Source of the DNA: Thermoplasmatales archaeon
Lineage (GTDB): Archaea; Thermoplasmatota; Thermoplasmata; Thermoplasmatales; Thermoplasmataceae
Length of the DNA stretch: 64,000 bases
Reading direction: 5' to 3'
Assembly: GCA_027310185.1 (NCBI GenBank)
Contig: DAIDBH010000018.1
Coordinates: 1-64,000 of the forward strand
Below the pieces are notes generated by a model, which was not told where the DNA came from, did no database searches, and was given only the letters and a program-made list of their open reading frames with translations. Both the position numbers and the translations under genes were made by a program. This document shows positions 39,683-50,184 of the stretch, piece after piece; the first letter of the stretch is position 1, and the number at the start of each line of letters is the position of its first letter.

Positions 39683-41050
39683 ATGAAAGTTGATGTAATC
39701 ATTATAGGAGCAGGTGGCGGTGCCTATCCAGCCGCATTCAAGCTTGCAGGTTCAGGAAAAACAGTGCTCATGGCAGATCCAAAGGGGGTTCTTGGAGGTA
39801 ATTGCCTGTATCTTGGCTGCATTCCTTCAAAGACTGTCAGGGAACTAATAGAGATAAACGACAGATCAGGGAGGCTGCTCGGTTCCAAAAATCATGCAGA
39901 TTTCAGCTCAATCCAGAAGCACAAGGACGATGTCCAGCAACTGCGTTTTGATCAGCATGACCGGGAAAGGTCTGAGTTCAAGAACCTTGAATTCTTGAAG
40001 GGAAGTGTTAGCTTCACAGGAAGAAACAGTGCAGACGTATCCACAGGGGACGGGAAGGTATCAGTGGAATTTAATCATGCCATCATAGCAACCGGGACCG
40101 TGGTATCAAGGATATCATTCCCCGGTTCTGATCTGTGCATCACAAGCGATGACATATTCTCCTTCGGTACAGGATTCAGGAAAATCCCTGATAAGATGGT
40201 CATTGTTGGCGGAGGATATATAGCACTTGAAGTTGCAGGCATGCTCCACATGCTCGGAACAGAGGTGCACCTTTTCGTCAGGACGGAAACTGTCCTGAGG
40301 AATGTTGATCAGGATCTTGTAAAGATTGCGTATCCACTCATAACACCATTTCGTGTTCACCTGAATACATCCATAAGAGATGTCACCGGAAAGAGGGGAA
40401 AGCTGAAGGTCAACTACACGGAGAACGGGGAGGATATGGAAATGGAAGCCGGAGAAGTCCTCCTTGCCGTAGGAAGGAAGGGCGTGGTTCCCGGTGGGAT
40501 CGATCTCACAGGGGTGAAATACAGCAGCAAGGGAATCATAGAAGTCAGCGACACACTCCAGACGAACATTCCAAATATCTATGCCACAGGTGATATAACC
40601 GGAAGGACACCATACTTTCATGCTGCAGTAAGGGAATCACTTGTTGCAGCCAACAACATAATGGGCACGCATGAGGACAGGATGGATTTCCTCAACGTAC
40701 CTGTTTCCATATTCACGTACCCGCCAGTCTCATATATTGGCATACTGAGGAATGAGGCCAGGGAAAAGGGCATGGATATAGTGGAAACATCCTATGCAAT
40801 GTCAGGAGATGCAAGGGCACAGATGTACGAGGAGCAGGATGGGGAGATAAGGCTGTTCTTTGATAAAAATACTGCCAGGATAGTTGGAGGATGGGTCGTT
40901 GGACTGGATGCACCCGAGCTGATCAACGAGATAGGAACCGCTGTATTCAACTCGCTCACAGCCATGGACATGGCAAGGTTCCCTGATCAGCATCCGACAA
41001 CAAACGAGGGTGTATCAAAGGCAGCGAGGGCATGGAAGGAACCTGAATAA
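39683..41050 (+). CDS. Dihydrolipoamide dehydrogenase-like pyridine nucleotide-disulfide oxidoreductase
   Basis: GAGGG, GGNCLYLGCIPSK, GGGYIALE, ATGD, HPTTNE. Confidence 0.9.
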   Translation: MKVDVIIIGAGGGAYPAAFKLAGSGKTVLMADPKGVLGGNCLYLGCIPSKTVRELIEINDRSGRLLGSKNHADFSSIQKHKDDVQQLRFDQHDRERSEFKNLEFLKGSVSFTGRNSADVSTGDGKVSVEFNHAIIATGTVVSRISFPGSDLCITSDDIFSFGTGFRKIPDKMVIVGGGYIALEVAGMLHMLGTEVHLFVRTETVLRNVDQDLVKIAYPLITPFRVHLNTSIRDVTGKRGKLKVNYTENGEDMEMEAGEVLLAVGRKGVVPGGIDLTGVKYSSKGIIEVSDTLQTNIPNIYATGDITGRTPYFHAAVRESLVAANNIMGTHEDRMDFLNVPVSIFTYPPVSYIGILRNEAREKGMDIVETSYAMSGDARAQMYEEQDGEIRLFFDKNTARIVGGWVVGLDAPELINEIGTAVFNSLTAMDMARFPDQHPTTNEGVSKAARAWKEPE

Positions 41051-41093
41051 TAGGGTAAATAGTTTATTATGCCATGCTGCATCTATTATAATC

Positions 41094-41462
41094 ATGAAGA
41101 TAAATTACCATGAATTCATTAAGCAGGATGAGTCACAGAAGAAGGAAACGCTGGGATCATTCTACCATGATCTGTTAAGCAAGAAAAGGGATGAGCAGGT
41201 TCAAATATTCATCAACTTCCTGGAGAATATTTCAAAGGATACAGACGACGAGCAGTACGAAAATATATGCAGGCTCAGCATGGAAGTTTTCCTGTCACTC
41301 AAGGATGTGAATCTCAGGGATCTGATGGCTGTAAGGCTGGAGGCACAGTTTGAACTCCCAGATGATGACAGGATGGTGGACAGCATGAACCTCCTTAGGG
41401 CAATCGAGTCAATGCCAGAAAAGGATGTACTGCTGGACATGATAAAGAGCATTGAAAGATAG
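41094..41462 (+). CDS. Hypothetical acidic helical protein
   Basis: ORF with host-like codon usage; start moved from 41010 to ATG 41094 to avoid overlap. Confidence 0.65.
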   Translation: MKINYHEFIKQDESQKKETLGSFYHDLLSKKRDEQVQIFINFLENISKDTDDEQYENICRLSMEVFLSLKDVNLRDLMAVRLEAQFELPDDDRMVDSMNLLRAIESMPEKDVLLDMIKSIER

Positions 41463-41664
41463 AGACTGATTCAAGCATCTCTATCATATTCACTTAAGGA
41501 GTTCCCGGATCATAAGGAAAAACAGGACGAATAAAAACAGCAAATAGGATCAAATCCAGAGCCGGTTGACATCCTTTTTGTATGCACCTCAGGGTACACC
41601 TATTCAACCGGTCTTACCCGTAATATAAAATTGAAGACTCACTTATAAATGTTGCATCTGTGAA

Positions 41665-42492
41665 TCATAAGGTAAACATTGATTTGTGTTTTTCATCCCA
41701 TGTCAATCCAAGCATCTCCTCAAGTGCCTGGACTACAGATGAATTATCAGGTAGCGGGTTAACAAGATATGACAGTTCTGAATTCCACTTCATCAGGCTG
41801 GAAGCTACCCTTATCTTTTCCCCAAGTTTTTTTCTGTCAAACTTTTCCCCATTCCTACTCATCTTCTCAATAACCATGGGCTCATCATATTTCACCTTCT
41901 TAAGGAACAGGAGAAAATAGAGATCATATATATCCCTGATCTTGTCCCTCTCAATAATCGATGCAACTTTTTCAGCGGCGATCTCCTCAAGCCTCATCAC
42001 CGGCACCAAGAACACTGGAATATCCTGGTAAGATGGCATCAGATATCTATTTTCTGACTCCATGAAGACATCTTTTCTCAGGCTTATATGAATCCTGATA
42101 TTCTGCATCTCTCCTGGGCTTTCATGAAGAGGTCCTTTTATCCTGAGTTCAAAGTTTATACCTGCAACGATCCCATTTTCACTGTTCCCCCTGTGTTCCA
42201 TCCTGTTTATTGTGTATTGTCGTCCAACACTTTCCATGATATTCTCAAACTTCCTGTTTATCCTCCCCCTCTCCCCGGAACTATTCTCTCCAGTGTATGA
42301 GAAATCTAGATCTTCTGAAAACCTGTTCAGGTTGTAGAAGTATTTCAGCGATGTCCCTCCCTTGAAAATCAGGGTATAATCGAATATCCGGTAAATCTCA
42401 AAGAGCAGAAGTGTAAGGAGATAGTCCTTTTCAAGCTGTCTTGTATCCCTGAATCTACGAGATTGCTCAAGAAGATCACCACGATCAATCAT
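41665..42492 (-). CDS. AbiEii/AbiGii nucleotidyltransferase toxin (type IV TA)
   Basis: EKDY, FKGGTSL, RFSEDLDF, AEK...RDIYD; start moved to ATG 42492, immediately after antitoxin stop. Confidence 0.92.
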   Translation of the reverse strand: MIDRGDLLEQSRRFRDTRQLEKDYLLTLLLFEIYRIFDYTLIFKGGTSLKYFYNLNRFSEDLDFSYTGENSSGERGRINRKFENIMESVGRQYTINRMEHRGNSENGIVAGINFELRIKGPLHESPGEMQNIRIHISLRKDVFMESENRYLMPSYQDIPVFLVPVMRLEEIAAEKVASIIERDKIRDIYDLYFLLFLKKVKYDEPMVIEKMSRNGEKFDRKKLGEKIRVASSLMKWNSELSYLVNPLPDNSSVVQALEEMLGLTWDEKHKSMFTL

Positions 42493-42493
42493 A

Positions 42494-43119
42494 TTACTCG
42501 GCTTCCATGCTTCCCATCTGATCCGCATGATCCAGCAGCAGTCGGAGTTTCTGGTCAATTCTTCCTGAATTCATCCTTTCTGCGTACTGTTCCAGCCTTT
42601 CCATGTTCAACATGGAATCCTGAAGGGCTGCTTCAAAAGCCTCCTTCACATACGAAAAGGGAGGTGTATTCAGATAAAGGGAGTCAAGAATTGCCTTTTC
42701 TACTGAGGCAATATACATATTCTGAATTTTCTGAAACCCAAAAAACCTTTCCCTCTAAACTGTCCTGAACTCAATCCTGTTGTCACCAAGGTTAATTTCC
42801 CTGTGCCTCTTGATTGATATGACACTGTACTTATCTACAATCTGGTCTGTAAGGGAATAGTACTGGAACGCTTAGAAAAGACTTATGTATGAAGGGTAAA
42901 CTACCTGCGACGCAATCTCATAAATATTAACCGGTGCTGTAGATTTTATGAAATACAATCCTCTTTTAATTCTTTCCACCTTCCTGTTGGCAGATAATAT
43001 CTTGGAAACATATTTCCTGGTTTTTTCATGAGCATTGCTGCATCGTTGAGTGTGAAAACAGTCTTCCCGTGTAACTGCAGTCCATCCATAATATCCTGGA
43101 TCCTGTTGTAAGACATCAT
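42494..43119 (-). pseudogene. AbiEi-type antitoxin pseudogene
   Basis: MMSYNRIQ...VFTLNDAAMLMKK / frameshift at A-run 43021-43026 / RKYVSKIL..RIKRGLY..PSYISLF* (42872-42874) AFQYYSLTDQ..RTV* (42755-42757) RERFFGF..IASVEKAILD. Confidence 0.88.
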
Positions 43120-43298
43120 TAGCAACTATAATGTAAGATAATAACTTTTGTGTCACGTTATACCCAGAAATATGGTGATACTGTTACATGAAGTTCATCG
43201 TGACTGTAGCATCTATTCCAATGAGGTCCTGGATGTAAATACCGGTTATTTCCCACCAGATCTGAAATGCACACTTTCCCGTAATTCTCATTCATGCT

Positions 43299-43952
43299 TC
43301 ACTGAAATATATCCTCGAACTGCTTCTTAATGCTGGTAATGAACAGATCCCTTGAGACGGTACCACCAAACCTTGCCCTGTCAAAATCCGTGAACTGTGC
43401 CTCGATGGCATCCAGCTGGTTCACTGAATCTCTAAGTTCTTGCCTCCACTGTGAACTGCCAGTCTCAGGATGGGATACCAGTTCCTTAATCGTCCGGATC
43501 AGGTTTCCTTTGGCCACAATGCTTTCAGGTTCAGGCTTCCTCAGGCATGCTCCATAAAGACCAGATTTAAAGTCCATCCACATCTTCCCTGCATCCTCCT
43601 CACCTGTACCTGTGGCTTCAACATTCCCGAACCTGTATACGTATCCCGGTTTCTCTAGCACCTTTCTTGCATCCTGCAGGAACTCATCCCTGGGATTTGT
43701 GCCATTCCTCAGGCTTCTTCCAATGAGGACAACAATATATGGGGGAAACCATTTCTTTCCGTCCGGCGTCTCATAGGTAGGGTCCGGAAATTCTCCCGCA
43801 TCAGACCATTTAGTGATCATTTCTTCTGTGGTGCCGGATTTCTCCATAACTTCATCCAGGTTAAGGAAACTGCCACTTATCTGCTTCAGGTCTGACTGGC
43901 TGTATGCTTTATTTTCAACTTTTTTTCCATCCATGCTTTGCAATCTGTCCAT
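43299..43952 (-). CDS. DUF6058 family protein
   Basis: SGLYGACL...SIVAK...LD..EAQFTDFDR..FGG..SR pattern. Confidence 0.75.
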   Translation of the reverse strand: MDRLQSMDGKKVENKAYSQSDLKQISGSFLNLDEVMEKSGTTEEMITKWSDAGEFPDPTYETPDGKKWFPPYIVVLIGRSLRNGTNPRDEFLQDARKVLEKPGYVYRFGNVEATGTGEEDAGKMWMDFKSGLYGACLRKPEPESIVAKGNLIRTIKELVSHPETGSSQWRQELRDSVNQLDAIEAQFTDFDRARFGGTVSRDLFITSIKKQFEDIFQ

Positions 43953-44001
43953 GATATGTTAACTGATTCATATATAAGAAAAACATAATATGTGATCAAT
44001 A

Positions 44002-44718
44002 ATGGCTGGAAGTCAAATGAAAAAAATTTCTTCAGCAGATATCAGCAGGATCACAAGGGCAATATCACATCCTGAGAGGGCATCCATAATCGAGGTCCTC
44101 TCAGAAGGGAAGTGCAACGTTACGGGAATCGTGAAGAAGACAGGCATTGCACAGCCAAAGGTTTCCATGCACCTCTCCAGGTTACAGGATGCAGGCATCG
44201 TCGATTCCTCCAGATCAGGAAAGGAGATCACATACTCCATCGTCCCGGAAGCAATGGAAGATCTATCCTCATGGGCAGAGGAGCTTGCCGGGAAGGGGAA
44301 CAGCAACCATATTGACCCTGTGGCAGAACATTTATCACAAGACAGCTTTTCCTATGCAAGATGCTGCTATGACCACCTGGCAGGAAAAACAGGCGTATAC
44401 CTTCTGGAGGAACTTATCAGAAGAAATTGGATCAGGATAGAAAACAGCGAAAAACCAACCTATTCACTCACTGAACCTGGAGAAGAAAGCCTCAGGAATA
44501 TGGGTGTGGATATACCATTAAAAAGGAAGGGCGGGAGGATCTTTGCCTATGGCTGCAAGGATGTATCAGAGAGAAAACTGCATCTTGGCGGCTCCCTTGG
44601 ACATGCCATATTCCAGGACATGATAAGGAAGGGCATAATCCAGAGGTCTCCTGGAACAAGATCACTGAAGGTGAATTCCACTGTAGATGAATGGTTCTCA
44701 GGAAAGAGGATCAGGTAA
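44002..44718 (+). CDS. ArsR/SmtB family transcriptional regulator
   Basis: HPERASI, VSMHLSRL, ARCCYDHLAG, CKD.SERK.HLGG.LG. Confidence 0.92.
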   Translation: MAGSQMKKISSADISRITRAISHPERASIIEVLSEGKCNVTGIVKKTGIAQPKVSMHLSRLQDAGIVDSSRSGKEITYSIVPEAMEDLSSWAEELAGKGNSNHIDPVAEHLSQDSFSYARCCYDHLAGKTGVYLLEELIRRNWIRIENSEKPTYSLTEPGEESLRNMGVDIPLKRKGGRIFAYGCKDVSERKLHLGGSLGHAIFQDMIRKGIIQRSPGTRSLKVNSTVDEWFSGKRIR

Positions 44719-44845
44719 AAGTGATGGAAATAGCATGAGAAATACATATAGACTCTTCATTGGCGATCCTGAAAGATATAGTGGTCATTGTGAAGGAACC
44801 ATTTAATAATTAAATTGCGAGTTCAAGCACTCCCACCATTTCAGA

Positions 44846-47209
44846 TCAGAGCCCATAATGCCTGAATACATAGTTCTTTCCCAGATCGATTATTGCCATC
44901 GAGACGAAGGTAAGTGCAAGGACAAGCAGGACATCAATTATGGGGATGGCAGTAACCAGTATTCCGGCCCAAGAGATCAGGCTGATGAATATTAAATCAG
45001 CAACAGTCGCGGAAAGCAGCCATTTGCTTGGCCTTGAATTCCAGAATCTTCCCCTCTCCCTCACCATGTAGACTGTGAACTGGCCAGAGAAGACAAGCAT
45101 GTCAAATATGAATGTGTGAATCTGATCATTGCTGAGCCCAAGCCTCAAGCCTATGAGCAGGATGGCGAATGATTCCACGACTATGAGTATTGCAAGGCTG
45201 AATGATGATCCAACGAGGGACCGGACATTCCACTTCTCAGGATTTTTCGAGAACCTCACATTATCAGTTGCTATGGACATTGTCACGAAATCGTTTGCAA
45301 AGAGCAGCAGTATGACATCAAAGGGTGTGGTCACGAAGAACCTGAATATGAAGAATGAAGTTGTGAGGAATATGGCAACCTGCACCGTTTTTATGATCTT
45401 GTTCAGCGTGTATGTGAGCATCCTCTGGAAGATCTTCCTTCCGTCTTCAACAGCGCTCACAATATCGGTCAGGCCCTCATGGGTAAGCACTATGCTTGCA
45501 GATGCCTTTGCAACATCAGTGGCTGACGCAACTGCAATACCCACCTCAGCCTGCTTAAGTGCAGGTGCATCATTGACCCCATCACCCGTCATCCCTGTTA
45601 TGTGGCCCTCCTTCTGCAGGATCTTGACAATGGAGAACTTATCCTCAGGAAATACCTCCGCAAAGGCGTTGCAGTCATCGATCTTTGTCTTTCCAGAGAT
45701 CACGTCTGAGATCTTGCTCACATTCTGGCCTATATCAACCTCCCTTGCTATCTCTTCTGCTATGGGCGTTGAATCCCCGGTGATCATCCTTGGGGTTATT
45801 CCCATGGCCTTCAGCTTTCCTATGAGTTCCCTGGAATCGTCCCTTGGGGGATCATGCATGGGTATGAGCCCGCTGAATTTCCATGAACTGCCATCATTCA
45901 CGGCAACTGCGATTGTCCTGTAACCCCTCATGGAGAGCTCCTTCGCCTTTTCCATGACATCATTAACACTTACGCCAGGGCACATGGCTGCAATGACCTG
46001 TGGTGCACCCTTTGTAACCGTTATCATGTGATCAGATGTCTCAACCTTTGCCTCTGTCCTCTTTGTGGCAGGATCGAATGGTGTGAATTCCTTTACCTTG
46101 AATCCATCCATGCTTACTCCTGCCTTTTTTCCAAAACTGATCACTGCAAGATCTATGGAATCCATGCTTGATTCATCTGATGCAAGCATTGCGTACCTTG
46201 TGATCTCCTCCATGGTGGATTCAAAAAGTACAGGCTCCTGTACAGTCAGTTCGTTCCTGGTAAGTGTCCCGGTCTTGTCAAAGCATATGGAATCCATGGA
46301 GGCTGCGTCTTCAACAGCATTCAGCCTTGTCACCAGTGCACCCTTCTTTGAAAGATCGATTGCACCGTATGCCGTGGCAATGGTGAAAGTTGCTGGTAGG
46401 GCAACAGGTATGGATGCAATCAGGACAACCAGTGAAAATGGTACGGCTTCAACCAGCGGAACATTGTAGATGAATGAGAATATGACAAGCCCGATCACCA
46501 GGATTACATCTATGACTGCCAGGTATTTGACAATGCTGAGAATGAGCTTCTCCAGGTGTGATTCGGATTTTGCACTGCTCACAAGTTCCGCTGTATGGCC
46601 GAACAGTGTTTTTGCCCCTGTAGCAACCACAAGTCCTGTGACCTCTCCTTTCTTCACGACGGAACCTGAAAAAATCTCCCCGTCCACTCCTCTCCTGACA
46701 GCATTTGATTCCCCTGTGAGTGCGGACTGATCCACTTCCACACCCCCTCTCTCGATCTTCACATCTGCAGGAACGACGTCCCCCATCCTTATGTGGATCA
46801 CGTCTCCAGGAACAAGTTCCGTGGAGATCATCTGGTCCCATGCTCCATTCCTCAGCACCCTTGTCTTTACGGTGATCCTGCTCCTGAGCATCTCCACAGC
46901 ATCGCTTGCCCTTGATTCCTGGAAATAGCTGACGAAGCTGTTGAATACAAGCAGTGATAAGATGATATATGTATCAAGATCCTTGCCTATGAAAAATGTT
47001 ATAATGGCAGTGATCTCAAGCATCCATGGCACTGGAGCCCAGAACTTCTTCAGGAATTTCAGGACAGCATTCTCCTTCTTTTCCACAACCTCGTTCTTTC
47101 CGTACTGCTTCTGTCTCAATTCGACTTCAGCAGAAGTGAGGCCTGAAGGTGATGAACCAAGCTTGTCGTAGCATTCCTTTGTGGACAGTTTCTCGAACTC
47201 ATTATCCAT
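44846..47209 (-). CDS. Plasma-membrane proton-efflux P-type ATPase (type IIIA)
   Basis: LTGES, IPVALP, DKTGT, KGAP, DPPR, TGDGVNDAPAL. Confidence 0.95.
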   Translation of the reverse strand: MDNEFEKLSTKECYDKLGSSPSGLTSAEVELRQKQYGKNEVVEKKENAVLKFLKKFWAPVPWMLEITAIITFFIGKDLDTYIILSLLVFNSFVSYFQESRASDAVEMLRSRITVKTRVLRNGAWDQMISTELVPGDVIHIRMGDVVPADVKIERGGVEVDQSALTGESNAVRRGVDGEIFSGSVVKKGEVTGLVVATGAKTLFGHTAELVSSAKSESHLEKLILSIVKYLAVIDVILVIGLVIFSFIYNVPLVEAVPFSLVVLIASIPVALPATFTIATAYGAIDLSKKGALVTRLNAVEDAASMDSICFDKTGTLTRNELTVQEPVLFESTMEEITRYAMLASDESSMDSIDLAVISFGKKAGVSMDGFKVKEFTPFDPATKRTEAKVETSDHMITVTKGAPQVIAAMCPGVSVNDVMEKAKELSMRGYRTIAVAVNDGSSWKFSGLIPMHDPPRDDSRELIGKLKAMGITPRMITGDSTPIAEEIAREVDIGQNVSKISDVISGKTKIDDCNAFAEVFPEDKFSIVKILQKEGHITGMTGDGVNDAPALKQAEVGIAVASATDVAKASASIVLTHEGLTDIVSAVEDGRKIFQRMLTYTLNKIIKTVQVAIFLTTSFFIFRFFVTTPFDVILLLFANDFVTMSIATDNVRFSKNPEKWNVRSLVGSSFSLAILIVVESFAILLIGLRLGLSNDQIHTFIFDMLVFSGQFTVYMVRERGRFWNSRPSKWLLSATVADLIFISLISWAGILVTAIPIIDVLLVLALTFVSMAIIDLGKNYVFRHYGL

Positions 47210-47487
47210 TCTACCAGTTCTCCATTACAGAATGGGTTATGGTGAGGGAACCATAATGGAACAAAGTTGAATTTGCAACGCGTTTCTGAATGATCTTTGA
47301 ATAAATTTTATCATGGCCCACCATTCTTCACCTGCCTTTAATATTTCATTATGATATTTTAACTATTGACCTGAGAAATAATGCTACAGGAAACTATTCA
47401 TATCACTCCATGAACAAAAGCTGTACAATTGAATCAGGAAAAATAAGAAATTTCCTGCATTGAAAATCCATTAAGGTTAATCGCAGG

Positions 47488-48048
47488 TCATGCAGTCCTG
47501 TTCCCGAATACACTCATGCCGGCGTCATATCCTTTCTTCAGCATGGTTGTGTTTCTTTCGGTATACCTGGCACCAAAGGCACCACTTACATATTTCATGG
47601 CATCATCAAAATGGATCTTCGGGTCCATGGAACTGATGAATCCAAGAAGGACCATGTTTATGCTTCCATTGGAATCATCACCTGCTATGGCCTGGCAGTC
47701 GACCCAGTAAACCTTCTTCCCATCCACCGTTTCAACAACAACTTCTCTGCCATTTTCATTCATCCTGTTTCCAACACATATGCCGTTCTTCTTCAGCACA
47801 TACATGTTTGAAAGCGCTTCAGTGGTCTTCATCCCGATCAGGACATCCGCCTCATTCTTTGTGAGTATGGGGGACTTTGCACCATCGTACTTTATGTCAG
47901 AGACAACACTGCCACCCCTCTGTGAAAGACCGTGTATTTCCGACATGACTGGGTCAAGCTTCTCATCCATAAGTATGGTGGAAATTGCCTTTGCAAGCGT
48001 GATCACTCCCTGGCCACCAACACCAGCTATCCTGTAGGATCCGGTCAT
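47488..48048 (-). CDS. iorB: Indolepyruvate ferredoxin oxidoreductase beta subunit
   Basis: AGVGGQGVI, HGLSQRGGSV, NMVLLG; ATGA overlap with iorA. Confidence 0.9.
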   Translation of the reverse strand: MTGSYRIAGVGGQGVITLAKAISTILMDEKLDPVMSEIHGLSQRGGSVVSDIKYDGAKSPILTKNEADVLIGMKTTEALSNMYVLKKNGICVGNRMNENGREVVVETVDGKKVYWVDCQAIAGDDSNGSINMVLLGFISSMDPKIHFDDAMKYVSGAFGARYTERNTTMLKKGYDAGMSVFGNRTA

Positions 48049-49895
48049 TGTACCACCTCTATTGCCTTGAATGGACACACATATATGTCAGAACACATCC
48101 CGCATCCGTCACATTCTCCAGGATCAATGAATATGGTTCCATCGGGTTTCTCCTGGATTGCAGGGCAATGGAAATCATCAATGCAGTTCCTGCACAGGCT
48201 GCACTTTTCAGTGTTAATCTGATATTTCAGCCTCTGTGCCTTCTCCTCCCTGTTTATGAGTGCACATTCACCCCTTGTTATGACAACCGTGACACCTGTG
48301 GACTTGAGTGCCTTCATGGTTGTCAGCATGAGTTCCTTCTGGTTGTAGCTGCTTGCAGTAATTACATCCTTCACGCCGCATGCCCTGATCATTTCCTCCA
48401 GCGGGATTCCTGTGAACTCGGTGCCATTCACAACGGCATCCTTCTCAGGTGTTGGTTCCTGTCCAGTCATTGCAGTGGTGCCGTTATCCAGTATGAAGAT
48501 GAGCATGTTTGCCCCTGATCTCACCGCGTTAGCCAGTGCAGTTATGCCTGAATGGTAGAATGTTGAGTCCCCAATGAAGGATACAACCCTCTGGCCTGTT
48601 GCAAGGCTTATGCCTGATCCTGTGGAAATGGAGGCTCCCATGTCAAGCATTGTATCACCTGCAGAATATGGCTCATAATATCCAAGTGAATAACATCCAA
48701 TATCTGATGTTATGACAGTCTGTGGCTTTCCAGCAAGCTTCAATGCTCTCTTGATAGTGTAGAAAGAGGATCTGTGGGGGCATCCGGGGCAGAAATCTGG
48801 CCTTGATGCAGGCTTTGGAATGGATGTAACCTCAGTTTTCATGCCAAGCAGCTTCCTTATGCCGTTCTTCACAATATCAGGATTCATCTCATAGGACCAT
48901 GGCATGTATTCGTCCAGCTTTCCATGTATTACTGCACCACCACCAAGTATGTCCCTGTATGTCCTTATCTTTGTCTCCAGGTACGGATCCAGTTCCTCCG
49001 CTACAAGTATGACATCATTTTCCCTCATGAACTGGGCCGTTATCTCCTGCGGAATCGGGTTTGTAAGGCCGAGTTTCAGCACATTCATCTCTACACCAAG
49101 GGAAAAGATGGCATCTATTGACTGGTTATATGAAGATCCGGATGTGATTATGCCGATCCTGGAATCACCGTATCTCTCGATCCTGTTGAGCGAGGAGAAG
49201 AAGCTGTCATTGCCAAGGAGGGCCATCTTATGCAGCAGCTCATTCTTCAGGATACGGGCATTGGAAGGTATGGCAGTTGTCCTGTTCCTTATGCTCTTTA
49301 TGTCAATATCCTTCTTCTGTGCCTCCTTTATCTCGCCAAGTTCCACAGGAGCCCTCATATGGCTGACCCTTGTGGATGTCCTGTATAAAACTGGGATGGA
49401 ATACTTCTCTGAGATCTCAAAAACATATCTCACAAAGTCCTTGCACTCCTGTGGTGTTGAAGGTTCGACCATAGGAGCGTGGGCAAGATCAGCATATCTT
49501 CTCGAGTCCTGCTCATTCTGTGACGAGAACATTGATGGATCATCAGCCACCATGACCATCATGCCTGCACCCACTCCTGTATAAACAGAACTGACGAAAG
49601 GATCAGAAGCTACATTCAGTCCAACATGCTTCATGAATACAGATGATCTGAGTCCTGCGAGAGAAGCACCGTAGGCCGTTTCATATGCAACCTTCTCATT
49701 GATCGAATACTGGAAATATGACCCGTTCTTCTTTCCATCCCTTGCCATGACGTTTCCAATTTCGCTTGAAGGCGTTCCTGGATATGTCGCCGAAAATCCG
49801 TTTCCATTCTCCAGAAGCCCCCTGGCTATGGCTTCATTACCAAGCATGAGCTTCTTGCTGCCATTTTCAACCCTTAAGGTTTCAGAGAGAATCAT
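48045..49895 (-). CDS. iorA: Indolepyruvate ferredoxin oxidoreductase alpha subunit
   Basis: LGNEAIARG, YPGTPSSEI, KHVGLNVA, SSQNEQD, FCPGCPHR, GDSTF.H, C-terminal ferredoxin Cys motifs. Confidence 0.95.
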   Translation of the reverse strand: MILSETLRVENGSKKLMLGNEAIARGLLENGNGFSATYPGTPSSEIGNVMARDGKKNGSYFQYSINEKVAYETAYGASLAGLRSSVFMKHVGLNVASDPFVSSVYTGVGAGMMVMVADDPSMFSSQNEQDSRRYADLAHAPMVEPSTPQECKDFVRYVFEISEKYSIPVLYRTSTRVSHMRAPVELGEIKEAQKKDIDIKSIRNRTTAIPSNARILKNELLHKMALLGNDSFFSSLNRIERYGDSRIGIITSGSSYNQSIDAIFSLGVEMNVLKLGLTNPIPQEITAQFMRENDVILVAEELDPYLETKIRTYRDILGGGAVIHGKLDEYMPWSYEMNPDIVKNGIRKLLGMKTEVTSIPKPASRPDFCPGCPHRSSFYTIKRALKLAGKPQTVITSDIGCYSLGYYEPYSAGDTMLDMGASISTGSGISLATGQRVVSFIGDSTFYHSGITALANAVRSGANMLIFILDNGTTAMTGQEPTPEKDAVVNGTEFTGIPLEEMIRACGVKDVITASSYNQKELMLTTMKALKSTGVTVVITRGECALINREEKAQRLKYQINTEKCSLCRNCIDDFHCPAIQEKPDGTIFIDPGECDGCGMCSDIYVCPFKAIEVVQ

Positions 49896-50184
49896 GATTA
49901 TAAATACAACATGAAATTATTTCTAATACGAGGCTGACATATAAGGCTAATTCAGCATGATTATGATTCACACGAGTTCTATATTTCATTGAGAAATTCT
50001 ACACCTGTGAGATTTTATGCCATGAGAAACAGTCAATATCTTCCCACAGTATAATCGAAGCATTTGCTCGCATGTGGGTAAGGAAGGAATTATGACTCAA
50101 CAATATGCCTGCTGGAGCGAACCTAAGAGAACTCCCATTTATCAACTCCAGAAAAATTTAAGCCATGCCTGTTCATGTGAATAT

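Noticed and set aside
45129-45923. Long antisense ORFs (also 48904-49584, 50862-51410, 40115-40621)
   Set aside because: Shadow frames opposite well-supported genes, explained by codon bias
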